Origin: Sulfuritalea sp.
GTDB lineage: Bacteria; Pseudomonadota; Gammaproteobacteria; Burkholderiales; Rhodocyclaceae
DNA length: 64,000 nt
Assembly (NCBI GenBank): GCA_030247575.1
Contig: JAOTRV010000019.1
Coordinates: 13,336 to 77,335 of the forward strand
Direction: 5' to 3'
Position numbers and translations under genes: made by a program. This document shows positions 27,743 to 37,377 of the stretch, piece by piece; the stretch's first letter is position 1, and every line of letters starts with the position of its first letter. Below the pieces are notes generated by a model. It saw nothing but the letters and a program-made list of their open reading frames with translations. It searched no databases and had not been told where the DNA came from.

Positions 27743-27823
27743 ATGTCCAAAAACCTCCGCCGCACCCGAGACATGCTGCTGCCGCGCCTGCTCTCCGGCC
27801 AGATAGAGGTCGCGGCGGCCTGA
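27743..27823 (+). pseudogene. Orphan hsdS 3'-end remnant (26 codons)
   Basis: [26 protein letters not shown]. Positions 27745..27810 are about 90% identical by eye to hsdS positions 25568..25632. Confidence 0.6.
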
Positions 27824-27839
27824 GGTCATTTGACAATCC

Positions 27840-27925
27840 CTACTAATCTTTAAGCAATTTAGTAGACTTTGCCTGCCTTCCCTGTCTATACTAATCTCTA
27901 CTAATTTGATTAAGGTTTAGTAGAC
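27840..27925. promoter_or_regulatory. Two copies of the inverted repeat CTACTAA-N12/13-TTAGTAG upstream of fic
   Basis: 27840..27867 reads ctactaatctttaagcaatttagtagac and 27897..27925 reads tctactaatttgattaaggtttagtagac. Both lie in an AT-rich stretch that ends 1 nt before the fic ATG. Confidence 0.45.
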
Positions 27926-27926
27926 A

Positions 27927-29279
27927 ATGCGTCTCCCGGAGCACGCTCCCCCGCTGGAAACCAGCTTTGCGAACCTGACGCCGACCCGGATCGAGGCGCT
28001 GATGCGGCACGCCAACCCGTTGCCGACCGGGAAGTATCTGCACTGGGACGAATTGCGGCGGCGTTTGGCACCCGAAGGGCTGACGCATGCGGAGTGGTGG
28101 GCGGCGGTGACCCTCGGCCGCATGCCCTCGTTTCAGCCCTTGCCCTTGCTGGACAAGCAGGGCCAGCCCTTCGTGTTCACCACGCCGGCGCCGGTGGCGA
28201 TCGACCTGCACCATATCGACCGCGATGCGGCCGGGCACATCCGCACCGCGACCGGGGCGCCGCTGCGGGAAGATTCCCAGCGCTACCTGATCAGTTCGCT
28301 GATCGAGGAGGCCATCACGTCGAGCCAGCTGGAAGGGGCATCCACCACCCGCAAGGTGGCAGCGACGATGCTGCGCAGCGGGCGCAAGCCGCGCGACCTC
28401 TCCGAGCGGATGATTTTCAACAACTACCGGGCCATGGAACACCTGCGCTCGCTGCGCGAGGTGAAGCTGACGCCCGGGCATGTGCTGGAACTGCACCGGA
28501 TGCTGATGGAGGACACGCTGGAGGACGCGGAAGACGCCGGCCGTTACCGGCGCGATGACGCGGTGCATGTGGTCGATGTGCGCGACAACACCGCGCTGCA
28601 TGTGCCGCCCTCGCACGCCGAGCTGGCGCAACGCATGCAGCGGCTTTGCGATTTCGCCAATGCCGACGAGGCCTCGCTGCCCTTCGTGCATCCGGTGCTG
28701 CGCGCCATCCTGCTGCACTTCATGATCGGCTACGACCACCCCTTCGCCGACGGCAACGGCCGCACGGCGCGCGCGCTGTTTTACTGGTCGATGGCGCGGA
28801 GCGGCTACTGGCTGATGGAGTACACCTCGATCAGCCATATCCTGCGCAAGGCACCGGCGCGCTACATGCGCGCCTACCTGCACACGGAAACCGACAAGAA
28901 CGACACGACCTACTTCCTGCTGCACCAGTTGCAGACCATCCGCCAGGCCATCGCCGCGCTGCATGATTACGTGGCGAAGAAATCCCGCGAACAAAAGGAG
29001 ACCGAACGCCTGCTGGCCGCATCGCCGACGCTGCGCGGACGTTTCAACCACCGGCAGACGGCGCTGTTGAACCATGCCTTGCGCAACGCGGGTGAGGCGT
29101 ACCGCGTGGATGCGCACCAGCGTTCCCATGCCGTGGTGTACCAGACGGCGCGGCACGACCTGCTGGCGCTGGAGGCGCTGGGACTACTGGAAAAAACCCG
29201 GCAAGGCAATGCCTATGTGTTCTTTGCGCCGTCGGACTTGCGTGATCGACTGAATGCCCTGGCGAAGTCCGGCACATGA
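27927..29279 (+). CDS. Fic/DOC family protein with C-terminal winged-helix-like region
   Basis: 450 aa with the Fic motif HPFADGNGRTAR. The C-terminal HAVVYQTARHDLLALEALGLLEK resembles a wHTH. Confidence 0.85.
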   Translation: MRLPEHAPPLETSFANLTPTRIEALMRHANPLPTGKYLHWDELRRRLAPEGLTHAEWWAAVTLGRMPSFQPLPLLDKQGQPFVFTTPAPVAIDLHHIDRDAAGHIRTATGAPLREDSQRYLISSLIEEAITSSQLEGASTTRKVAATMLRSGRKPRDLSERMIFNNYRAMEHLRSLREVKLTPGHVLELHRMLMEDTLEDAEDAGRYRRDDAVHVVDVRDNTALHVPPSHAELAQRMQRLCDFANADEASLPFVHPVLRAILLHFMIGYDHPFADGNGRTARALFYWSMARSGYWLMEYTSISHILRKAPARYMRAYLHTETDKNDTTYFLLHQLQTIRQAIAALHDYVAKKSREQKETERLLAASPTLRGRFNHRQTALLNHALRNAGEAYRVDAHQRSHAVVYQTARHDLLALEALGLLEKTRQGNAYVFFAPSDLRDRLNALAKSGT

Positions 29280-32200
29280 GCCCCCACGCCTACACCGAAG
29301 ACCAACTCGTCGAACAGCCCGCGATCGGGCTGTTTGCCGCGCTTGGCTGGCAGACGGTGTCGGCGCTGGAGGAGAGCTTCGGTGTTGGTGGAACACTGGG
29401 GCGCGAAACCCGGGGCGAGGTGGTGCTGGTGGAGCGCCTGCGCGCCGCGCTGTGCAAGTTCAACCCCGAACTGCCGCCGGAGGCGATCGGCAACGCCGTC
29501 GATGAGCTGACGCGCGACCGTTCGGCGATGAGTCTGGAGGCAGCCAACCGCGAGCTGTATCGGCTGCTCAAGGAAGGCATCACGGTGTCGGTGCCCGACC
29601 GGGAGCGCGGTGGGCAAAAGACAGAGCGCCTGCGCGTGGTGGATTGGGAACATCCCGAGAACAACGACTTCCTGCTGGTCAGCCAGTTCAGCGTCACCGG
29701 CGCGCTCTACACTTGCCGGCCCGATCTGGTCGGCTTCGTCAATGGCCTGCCCTGGGTGGTGATCGAACTCAAGAAGCCCGGCGTGCCGGCGCGGGCGGCC
29801 TTCGCCGAAAACCTCACCCATTACAAGCAGCAGATTCCGGCGCTGTTCTGGAGCAATGCGCTGCTGATCGCCAGCAACGGCACCGACAGCCGCGTCGGTA
29901 CGCTGACCGCCGACTGGGGGCGCTGGGTGGAATGGAAGCGTATCGAGCGCGAGGACGAACCGCGCCGGGTGTCGCTGGAAGTGATGCTGCGCGGCACCTG
30001 CGCGCCGCAACGCCTGCTCGATCTGGTGGAGAACTTCACGCTGTTTTCCGAACACAAGGCCGGGCTGGTCAAGGTCATCGGCCAGAACCACCAGTTCCTC
30101 GGCGTCAATAACGCTGTTCGCAAGATGCTCGACGCCCGCCAACTGGGCCACGGGCGCGGCGGCGTGTTCTGGCAGACACAGGGCAGCGGCAAGAGCTTTT
30201 CGATGGTGTTCTTCGCGCAGAAGGTGCTGAGGAAGCTCCCCGGCAACTGGACCTTCGTGGTAGTCACCGACCGCGTGGAACTGGACGAGCAGATTGCCAA
30301 GACCTTCAAGACCACCGGCGCGGTATCTGATGCCGAGGGCGACGCATGCCACGCGGCCAGCGGCGCCCATCTGCGCGACCTGCTGCGCGGCAACCACCGC
30401 TACGTGTTCACGCTGGTGCACAAGTTCCAGACACCGGAGTTGCTGTGCGATCGTTCCGACGTGATCGTTCTGACCGACGAGGCGCACCGCAGCCAGTACG
30501 ACACGCTGGCGCTCAACATGCGCGCCGCCTTGCCCCGCGCGATGTTCCTGGCCTTTACCGGCACGCCGCTGATCGCCGGCGAGGAGCGCACCAAGGAAGT
30601 GTTCGGCGACTACGTCTCGATCTACGACTTCCAGCAGTCCATCGAGGACGGCGCCACCGTGCCGCTGTTCTACGAGAACCGCACGCCGGAATTGCAGCTC
30701 GTCAATCCCGACCTGAACGAAGATATCTACCGCCTGATCGAGGACGCCGACCTCGACGCGGAGCAAGAGGCCAAGCTGGAGCAGGTGCTGGGGCGGCAAT
30801 ACCACCTGATTACCCGCGACGACCGGCTGGAAACCGTGGCACAGGACATCGTGCGACACTTCCTCGGCCGCGGCTTTGTGGGCAAGGCGATGGTGGTGTC
30901 GATCGACAAGGCCACCGCGCTGCGCATGCACGACAAGGTGAAGCTGCATTGGGCGGCGGAAACCGCGCGGGTGCAGCAGGAACTGGGCGAATTGCATTAC
31001 AAGCTTGACGGTAGCGGCGGCGGCATGACGCCCGAGCAGGCGCGACGCGACCTGCGCATGGCCGAACTGAAACAGCGGCTGGAGGTGCTGACCAGCACCG
31101 ACATGGCATTGATCGTCTCGCCGGGGCAGAACGAAATCCAGCAGATGCAGACGCTGGGCCTGACCATCGAGCCGCACCGCAAGCGCATGAACGAATCACA
31201 ACCGGGGCTGGACGAGAAGTTCAAGGACACCGACGACCCGCTGCGCCTGGTCTTCGTCTGTGCCATGTGGCTGACCGGCTTCGATGCGCCGAGTTGCTCG
31301 ACGGTGTATCTCGACAAGCCGATGCGCAACCACACTCTGATGCAGACCATCGCCCGCGCCAACCGGGTCTTCCCCGGCAAGCACAGCGGGGTGATCGTCG
31401 ATTACGCCAATGTCTTTGCCTCGCTGGAAAAGGCGCTGGCCATCTACGGCGCCGGCAAGGATGGAAAAAGTCCGGTCAAGGACAAGCAGCAACTGGTCGG
31501 GGAACTGCGCAAGGCGGTGGTTGATGCCACGGCCTTCTGTGCCGCGCACGGCGTGATGCTGGGCGAGATCGAGGCCACGGCCGCAGGCAGCATGGAGCGC
31601 CTGTCACGTATCCAGGACGGCATGAACGCCCTGATCTCCCCCGATCCGCTACGCCGCGATTTCTTCGCCCATGAGCGACTGGTGAGCACGCTCTACCGCG
31701 CCGTGAAACCTGACCCGGCAGCGATCGAATTCGCCAGTCGCGTCGCCTGCCTGACGACACTGGCCGAAGCCATTCGCGCCACGCTGAACCCGAACCCGCC
31801 GGACATCTCGCAGGTGATGAACCGGATCAACGGCCTGCTCGACGAATCCATCACCGGCCACGAGATCCGCCAGTCGGGACCGCCGGCGCTCGACCTGTCG
31901 CAGATCAACTTCGAGGCGCTGGCAAAACGCTTCAAGGAATCGAAGCACAAGAACACCGACCTCGAAGTGCTCAAGGCCGCGATTCGCGCCCAACTGGAAA
32001 GGATGATCCAGTTGAATCGCACGCGCGCCAACTTCGCCGAAAAATTCGAGGCGCTAATCGAAAGCTACAACGCCGGCAGCCGCAGCATCGAAGAGCTTTT
32101 CGAGGAACTGGTGAAGCTCTCCAACAGCCTGAACGACGAGCAGCAGCGACATGTGCGCGAGGCCATGTCTGAGGAAGAACTGGTTATCTTCGATATCCTG

Positions 32201-32479
32201 ACGCGACCGGCGCCGGAGCTGTCAGCAGAGGAACGGGCTGAGGTAAAGAAGGTCGCCCGTGAACTGCTGGCGCGCTTGAAGGCTTTGCTGGTCTTGAACT
32301 GGCGGCAAAAATCGACGGCGCGCTCACAATTGAAGCTGGCCATCGAGGACACGCTCGACAGCGGCCTGCCGCGCGCCTACACGCCGGAGCTATACCACCA
32401 GAAATGCTCGGCTGTGTTCGAGCATGTGTATGAGAGCTACCCGGAGCGGAATGCCGGCGTGTATGCCGAAGTAGCCTGA
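29276..32479 (+). CDS. hsdR: Type I restriction endonuclease subunit R
   Basis: 1067 aa with WQTQGSGKS (Walker A), DEAHRSQ, helicase C motifs and a C-terminal DUF3387-like tail. ATGA overlap with fic. Confidence 0.95.
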   Translation: MSPHAYTEDQLVEQPAIGLFAALGWQTVSALEESFGVGGTLGRETRGEVVLVERLRAALCKFNPELPPEAIGNAVDELTRDRSAMSLEAANRELYRLLKEGITVSVPDRERGGQKTERLRVVDWEHPENNDFLLVSQFSVTGALYTCRPDLVGFVNGLPWVVIELKKPGVPARAAFAENLTHYKQQIPALFWSNALLIASNGTDSRVGTLTADWGRWVEWKRIEREDEPRRVSLEVMLRGTCAPQRLLDLVENFTLFSEHKAGLVKVIGQNHQFLGVNNAVRKMLDARQLGHGRGGVFWQTQGSGKSFSMVFFAQKVLRKLPGNWTFVVVTDRVELDEQIAKTFKTTGAVSDAEGDACHAASGAHLRDLLRGNHRYVFTLVHKFQTPELLCDRSDVIVLTDEAHRSQYDTLALNMRAALPRAMFLAFTGTPLIAGEERTKEVFGDYVSIYDFQQSIEDGATVPLFYENRTPELQLVNPDLNEDIYRLIEDADLDAEQEAKLEQVLGRQYHLITRDDRLETVAQDIVRHFLGRGFVGKAMVVSIDKATALRMHDKVKLHWAAETARVQQELGELHYKLDGSGGGMTPEQARRDLRMAELKQRLEVLTSTDMALIVSPGQNEIQQMQTLGLTIEPHRKRMNESQPGLDEKFKDTDDPLRLVFVCAMWLTGFDAPSCSTVYLDKPMRNHTLMQTIARANRVFPGKHSGVIVDYANVFASLEKALAIYGAGKDGKSPVKDKQQLVGELRKAVVDATAFCAAHGVMLGEIEATAAGSMERLSRIQDGMNALISPDPLRRDFFAHERLVSTLYRAVKPDPAAIEFASRVACLTTLAEAIRATLNPNPPDISQVMNRINGLLDESITGHEIRQSGPPALDLSQINFEALAKRFKESKHKNTDLEVLKAAIRAQLERMIQLNRTRANFAEKFEALIESYNAGSRSIEELFEELVKLSNSLNDEQQRHVREAMSEEELVIFDILTRPAPELSAEERAEVKKVARELLARLKALLVLNWRQKSTARSQLKLAIEDTLDSGLPRAYTPELYHQKCSAVFEHVYESYPERNAGVYAEVA

Positions 32480-32489
32480 CCGCACCGCG

Positions 32490-33035
32490 CTACTCGTATC
32501 GCACTTCGATGATGTCGATTTCGCGCAAGCCCCCGGGGCTGTCGAAGCGCACCGTGTCGCCTTCGCGCGCCTTGAGCAGGGCGCGCGCCAGCGGTGAAAT
32601 CCAGCTGATGCGGCCTTCCATGGCATTGGCTTCGTCGATGCCGACGATCTGGTAAGTCGCTTCCGTGCCGTCGGCGTCGCAGACGGTGACGGTGGCGGCG
32701 AAAAACACCTGCTCGCAATTCTGCTGCTCGGCCGGGTCGACGATCACCGCCGACTCCAGCCGCTTGGTCAGGAAGCGGATGCGCCGGTCGATCTCGCGCA
32801 GGCGTTTCTTGCCGTAGATGTAGTCGCCATTTTCCGAGCGGTCGCCGTTGCCCGCCGCCCAGGACACCACCTGCACCATGGCCGGCCGCTCGACCTTGAC
32901 CAGGTGCTCGAATTCGGCGCGCAAGGCCGCGTGACCGCGCACCGTCATGTAGTTTCTGGTACCGGCGGGAATCGCGGACTCGGGGGCTTCCTCCTCGTCG
33001 ACGTCGTCGGATTCTTTGACAAAGGCCTTGTTCAT
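32490..33035 (-). CDS. greB: Transcription elongation factor GreB
   Basis: 181 aa from MNKAFVKESDD, with NGDRSENGDYIYGKKRLREIDRRIRFL and a C-terminal ISWISPLARALLKAREGD. Confidence 0.82.
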   Translation of the reverse strand: MNKAFVKESDDVDEEEAPESAIPAGTRNYMTVRGHAALRAEFEHLVKVERPAMVQVVSWAAGNGDRSENGDYIYGKKRLREIDRRIRFLTKRLESAVIVDPAEQQNCEQVFFAATVTVCDADGTEATYQIVGIDEANAMEGRISWISPLARALLKAREGDTVRFDSPGGLREIDIIEVRYE

Positions 33036-33078
33036 CTTGTGGCAATCCGTAGCGGTTTCAAATGTTAGCATTCCAACC

Positions 33079-34302
33079 ATGACAAATCCCTCCCCGCCAC
33101 TGGCGCAGCGCCCGCTCGCCACCGTGCTCACCTTTGCCGCGCTGATCGTCTGCGTGGCGATGGGCATCCGCCATACCTTCGGCCTGTTCCTGACGCCGAT
33201 GAGCATGGAGCACCAGTGGAACCGCGAAGTGTTTTCCTTTGCGCTGGCGCTGCAGAACCTGTTGTGGGGCGCGACGCAGCCTTTCGCCGGCTGGCTCGCC
33301 GACCGCTACGGCGCGCGCCGCGTGTTGTGGAGCGCCAGCGTGCTGTATGCGCTGGGCCTGCTCGGCATGGCCTACGCCGCCACCGGCACCGGGCTCGCCG
33401 CCACGGCCGGCCTGATGATCGGCGCGGCGCAAAGCGGCTGCACCTACAGCGTGGTGTTCGCCGCGATGGGCAAGCTGGTGCCCGACGCCAAGCGCGGCTG
33501 GGCGATGGGCGTGGTGGCCGCCGCCGGCTCCTTCGGCCAGTTCCTGATGATCCCGGTGGCCTCCGGCCTGATCGGCGGGCTGGGCTGGTTCGGCACGCTG
33601 CTGGTGTTCGCCGCGTCCGCCCTGCTGATCATCCCGCTCGGCGGCGCGTTGACCAAAGGACTGGTGGCGGGCGCCTCCGGCCACGGCCAGACGGCGCGCG
33701 AAGCGCTGGGCGAGGCCATGCGCGAAAAGAGCTTCGTACTGCTGATCGCCGGCTATTTCGTCTGCGGCTTCCAGGTGGTGTTCATCGGCGTGCATTTCCC
33801 GACCTACCTGATCGACAAGGGCATGGGCGCCAGCGTCGGCATGACGGCGCTGGCGCTGATCGGCCTGTTCAACGTGTTCGGCAGCTACGGCGCGGGGCAT
33901 CTCGGCGGCCGCCTGCCCAAACGCCACGTGCTGGCCGGCATCTACGCCGCGCGCAGCCTGGTCATCTCGCTTTTCCTCTGGGCGCCGCTGACGCCCGCCA
34001 GCGTCTATCTGTTCTCGGCGGCGATGGGCCTGCTCTGGCTGTCCACGGTGCCGCTGACCAACGCCATCGTGGCCCAGGTGTTCGGCGTGCGCTTCCTCGG
34101 CATGCTGTCGGGGCTGGTGTTCTTCAGCCATCAGGTCGGCAGCTTCCTCGGCGTCTGGCTCGGCGGCAAATTGTTCGACGCCACCGGCGCCTACGACACG
34201 GTGTGGGGCATCTGCATCCTGCTCGGCATCCTTTCGGCCCTGATCCACCTGCCGATCGACGAGCGCAGCCTGGAAACGCGGCGCCTGGCCACGGCCGGCT
34301 AA
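33079..34302 (+). CDS. MFS transporter
   Basis: 407 aa from MTNPSPPLAQ, with 12 predicted TM segments and the GWLADRYGARR loop motif. Confidence 0.8.
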   Translation: MTNPSPPLAQRPLATVLTFAALIVCVAMGIRHTFGLFLTPMSMEHQWNREVFSFALALQNLLWGATQPFAGWLADRYGARRVLWSASVLYALGLLGMAYAATGTGLAATAGLMIGAAQSGCTYSVVFAAMGKLVPDAKRGWAMGVVAAAGSFGQFLMIPVASGLIGGLGWFGTLLVFAASALLIIPLGGALTKGLVAGASGHGQTAREALGEAMREKSFVLLIAGYFVCGFQVVFIGVHFPTYLIDKGMGASVGMTALALIGLFNVFGSYGAGHLGGRLPKRHVLAGIYAARSLVISLFLWAPLTPASVYLFSAAMGLLWLSTVPLTNAIVAQVFGVRFLGMLSGLVFFSHQVGSFLGVWLGGKLFDATGAYDTVWGICILLGILSALIHLPIDERSLETRRLATAG

Positions 34303-34467
34303 ACCATCCGGATCGCCCGCACCGCGCCGATCTGCACGGTGATTCGGCCGCAATTCGGGGCGTATACCGCCGCTGCGGGCAGCCCCGGAGCGCCCGGACA
34401 GAAATAGCCGATGATCCTGCCGCAGCTTGCCGCAACGCCCTGCCGCAGGATGGCTAGGATGCTCCGG

Positions 34468-34821
34468 ATGCCTTCCCGAATCGAACTCTACGAAGAAATA
34501 TGCCTGCTTTCGTCGCGCATGGCCGCGGCGGCGCGCGCCAGTGCCTGGGACAGCCTGGTCGAGCTGGAGCAGCGGATTGCCGCCTTGCGCGACAGCCTGC
34601 TGGCGGCGGCGGAAGACGGCAACGCGCCGGCCGCGGAGCTGGCCCGCAGGCACAGCCTGATCCAGCGCATCCTCGATGACGACGCCGAGGTGCGGCGCCA
34701 CACCGAGCCCTGGATGGAGCATCTGGGCCAGCTCCTCGGCGACAGCACCCGTCGCCGCGACATCCTGAAGGCCTATGCGGCGGGCGCCGGCAGCGCGCCG
34801 TCCGACGGCGCCGGCGCCTGA
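34468..34821 (+). CDS. fliT: FliT-like flagellar export chaperone (tentative)
   Basis: 117 aa helical protein (ELYEEICLLSSRMAAAARASAWDSLVELEQ). The pattern matches FliT as I recall it. The start is uncertain. Confidence 0.45.
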   Translation: MPSRIELYEEICLLSSRMAAAARASAWDSLVELEQRIAALRDSLLAAAEDGNAPAAELARRHSLIQRILDDDAEVRRHTEPWMEHLGQLLGDSTRRRDILKAYAAGAGSAPSDGAGA

Positions 34822-34829
34822 ACCCGAAG

Positions 34830-34850
34830 CGCCGTCCCGCCAGCGTCTAC
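34830..34850 (-). repeat. Interspersed motif, copy H (revcomp GTAGACGCTGGCGGGACGGCG)
   Basis: Between the convergent fliT-like and M48 genes. The M48 stop codon TAG lies within it. Confidence 0.75.
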
Positions 34851-35650
34851 TCCGCCCGGTTTGCCTTGCGTGCCGCCAGATAGAGCGGCATGACCTGCGG
34901 CAGGTGCTTCTCGATTTCCTTGATGCGATGTTCGCCCGCCGGATGGGTCGAGAGGAATTCGAGCGGCGCCTTGCTGTTGGCGGCCGTCATTTTCTGCCAC
35001 AGGCTGACCGCCGCGCGCGGGTCGAATCCGGCGCGTGCCGCCAGGTCGAGCCCGACCACATCGGATTCCGATTCGTCGTCGCGCGAAAACTTGAGCGACA
35101 GCAGGTTGCCGCCAAGCTGGAAAGCCCCCGTGTAGCGCCCGCCGCCCACCAGTTCGCCGAGCAGGCTGGCGCCCAGCTGGGTGAGCTGGCTCTTCGCGAT
35201 GCGTTCGCGCGCGTGCTCGCGCAGCGCGTGGGCGATCTCGTGGCCCATGACCATCGCCACCTCGTCATCGGTCAGCTTGAGCGTGTCGAGTATCCCGCTG
35301 TAGAAGGCGATCTTGCCGCCGGGCATGCAGAAGGCATTGATCTGCTTCGAGCCGATCAGGTTCACTTCCCACTGCCACTGGCGGGCGCGGGGATTGAAGC
35401 GATCGACGAAGGGGATCAGGCGCGCCGCGATCGCGCGCAGCCGCTTCACCTGCGGATGGTCGTCGGGCCCCAGCGCCCTTTTGGCGGCGGCCTGGCGCTT
35501 GAGCTGCGAATATTCCTGGGCCGCCTGGTTTTCCAGCGCGCCGGCCGGCACCAGGTTGCGCATGCTGGAAGGCTTGCCGACCTCGACGCCGTCCGCCAGC
35601 GCCGGCAGGCCGGGCAGGAAGAGCGCCAGAACGAGCAGCGCGCGCAGCAA
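34847..35650 (-). CDS. M48 family metallopeptidase (secreted/lipoprotein)
   Basis: 267 aa with a signal peptide and the HEIAHALREH motif. Confidence 0.85.
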   Translation of the reverse strand: MLRALLVLALFLPGLPALADGVEVGKPSSMRNLVPAGALENQAAQEYSQLKRQAAAKRALGPDDHPQVKRLRAIAARLIPFVDRFNPRARQWQWEVNLIGSKQINAFCMPGGKIAFYSGILDTLKLTDDEVAMVMGHEIAHALREHARERIAKSQLTQLGASLLGELVGGGRYTGAFQLGGNLLSLKFSRDDESESDVVGLDLAARAGFDPRAAVSLWQKMTAANSKAPLEFLSTHPAGEHRIKEIEKHLPQVMPLYLAARKANRAE

Positions 35651-35651
35651 T

Positions 35652-36551
35652 TTATTCGCCCTCGCCGCCCAGCACGTCGATCAGATGCGCCAGCAGTTGC
35701 GCCAGTTCGCCGCACATCAGGGTGAAGTCGGCCGCGAACAGGTCGTCGGCGTTCTCGGCCTGGCGCTCGGCGTCCTCTTTCAGCAGATCGAGGAAGGCCA
35801 GTTTCTTGACCTGCAGCTGCTCGGTCAGCACGAAGGAAATACGGTCGTTCCAGGTCAGCGCCAGACGCGTGGCCGACTTGCCGCCGGCAATGTGGGCGCG
35901 CACTTCGTCGCTATCGAGGTTGTGCCGAACATAGCGTACGGCGGCCCGCTCTTCGGCGGCGGCACGCAGTTCGCAATCGCGGTCGATGCCGAAGCTGCCG
36001 GGGGCCTCGCCCGCCGCCAGCCACTGCGTCATTGCCGTGGACGGCGCCAGTTGCGTCTTGATCAGGGTCACCGGCAGTTCACCGAGCGACAGCTTGAGAT
36101 GCTCCATGACTTCGTCGGCGCGGGTGCTCGACGAGGCGTCGACCAGCAGCCAGCGATTGACCGGATCGATCCAGACGTAGGTCAGGCCGCGCTTGGCGAA
36201 GGCGCGCGGCAAGAGTTCGGCCTCCGTCTGTTCGACCACCTCGCGCACCTGCTTGCGCCCCGGCTTGTAGCCTTGGGCCGCTTCGATCTCGATCAGCTTG
36301 GCCTGCGCATACTGGCGCACCACCGAGGCCGGCAGCAGCTTCTGCTCGACGCCCAAAGCGATCAGTTGCTGGCGCTCCATGCTGAACACCAGTTCTCCCT
36401 CCTCGCCGCGCGGCGGCACCCAGCCGCGCGCGACGCGATCGCTCGCGCTGCAGCCGTGGAACAGGCCCTTGTGCAAGGCGGCCGAGAGGGATTCGGTGCT
36501 ATAGGACCACTCGGGAGTGAGCCGGAAGATCTGGAGATTGCGGAACCACAT
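35652..36551 (-). CDS. rdgC: Recombination-associated protein RdgC
   Basis: 299 aa starting MWFRNLQIFRL, the canonical RdgC N-terminus. Confidence 0.9.
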   Translation of the reverse strand: MWFRNLQIFRLTPEWSYSTESLSAALHKGLFHGCSASDRVARGWVPPRGEEGELVFSMERQQLIALGVEQKLLPASVVRQYAQAKLIEIEAAQGYKPGRKQVREVVEQTEAELLPRAFAKRGLTYVWIDPVNRWLLVDASSSTRADEVMEHLKLSLGELPVTLIKTQLAPSTAMTQWLAAGEAPGSFGIDRDCELRAAAEERAAVRYVRHNLDSDEVRAHIAGGKSATRLALTWNDRISFVLTEQLQVKKLAFLDLLKEDAERQAENADDLFAADFTLMCGELAQLLAHLIDVLGGEGE

Positions 36552-36663
36552 GGGAAGGACGCTCTACTTTCGGGAAAGGAAATGCCGGCTTCGCGCCGAG
36601 GCGAAGGGGCATGAATTGTAATCACAATGGCGGGCTGGGGGCGGAAGCCGGCGGGAATCGGGA

Positions 36664-36684
36664 GTCGACGCCGGCGGTACGGCG
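36664..36684 (+). repeat. Interspersed motif, copy I (GTCGACGCCGGCGGTACGGCG)
   Basis: Intergenic, downstream of flhC and upstream of rdgC. Confidence 0.75.
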
Positions 36685-36775
36685 ATTTCCACCGGCGCGG
36701 GGAGTGCAAAGCAAACGCGCCCCTTCCACCGTTGCGGAGGAGCGCGTCGGGATGCCGCCCGGGAGTCGGCGACGG

Positions 36776-37333
36776 CTAGGCGGTGGCGCCCGCGGCGATC
36801 GCCGCCGCGGCTTCGGCCGCGCGCCGCGTCTTGCCGGCGCGCGCCGGCATATGGCACAGGCCGCAGACGTAGCCGCGCGTGGGATCGTAGGCGTGGGCGA
36901 CGAAGTCGCCGCCGCACTCGCGGCAGGTGGCCATTTGCAGCATGTTGGCGTCGAAGAAGCGCACCATGGTCCACGCCCTCGTCAGCGACAGCACGGTATC
37001 CATGCCGCCGCGCTGGACCTGGTCGAGGTACATCCGGTAGGACTTGATGATCAGTTCCAGACCGGTCAGCTCGGTGTGCGACTTGAGGAAGCGGAAGTAG
37101 GCCATGAACAGCGAGGCGTGGATGTTCGGCTGCCAGGTCATGAACCAGTCGGTCGAGAAGGGCAGCATGCCCTTGGGCGGCGACTCGTGACGCACTTCCT
37201 TGTAGAGCTTGAGCAGCCGCTCGCGCGAAAGATTGGTTTCCGCCTCCAGCAGTTGCAGCCTGGCGCCGAGTTCGATCAGCTCGATGGCCAGACCGATATC
37301 CTTCGCTTCAATGATGACCGACTTGTTCCGCAT
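36776..37333 (-). CDS. flhC: Flagellar master regulator FlhC
   Basis: 185 aa with SVIIEAKDIGLAIELIELGARLQ and the Zn-Cys motif CRECGGDF...CGLC. Confidence 0.9.
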   Translation of the reverse strand: MRNKSVIIEAKDIGLAIELIELGARLQLLEAETNLSRERLLKLYKEVRHESPPKGMLPFSTDWFMTWQPNIHASLFMAYFRFLKSHTELTGLELIIKSYRMYLDQVQRGGMDTVLSLTRAWTMVRFFDANMLQMATCRECGGDFVAHAYDPTRGYVCGLCHMPARAGKTRRAAEAAAAIAAGATA

Positions 37334-37377
37334 ATGGAGCCTCCGCAGCGTGATGCTTGATCTGGAATGACGCCTTC

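Noticed and set aside
3205-35608. Additional weak matches to the interspersed motif (about 3205..3235 revcomp, 11941..11961 revcomp, 19443..19466, 35586..35608 revcomp, 8361..8381)
   Set aside because: They share only GC-rich sub-strings such as GGCGGGACGG or CGGCGCTGGCGG, or they need indels. They cannot be distinguished by eye from chance matches in Ala/Gly/Pro-coding GC-rich DNA, so they were not counted.
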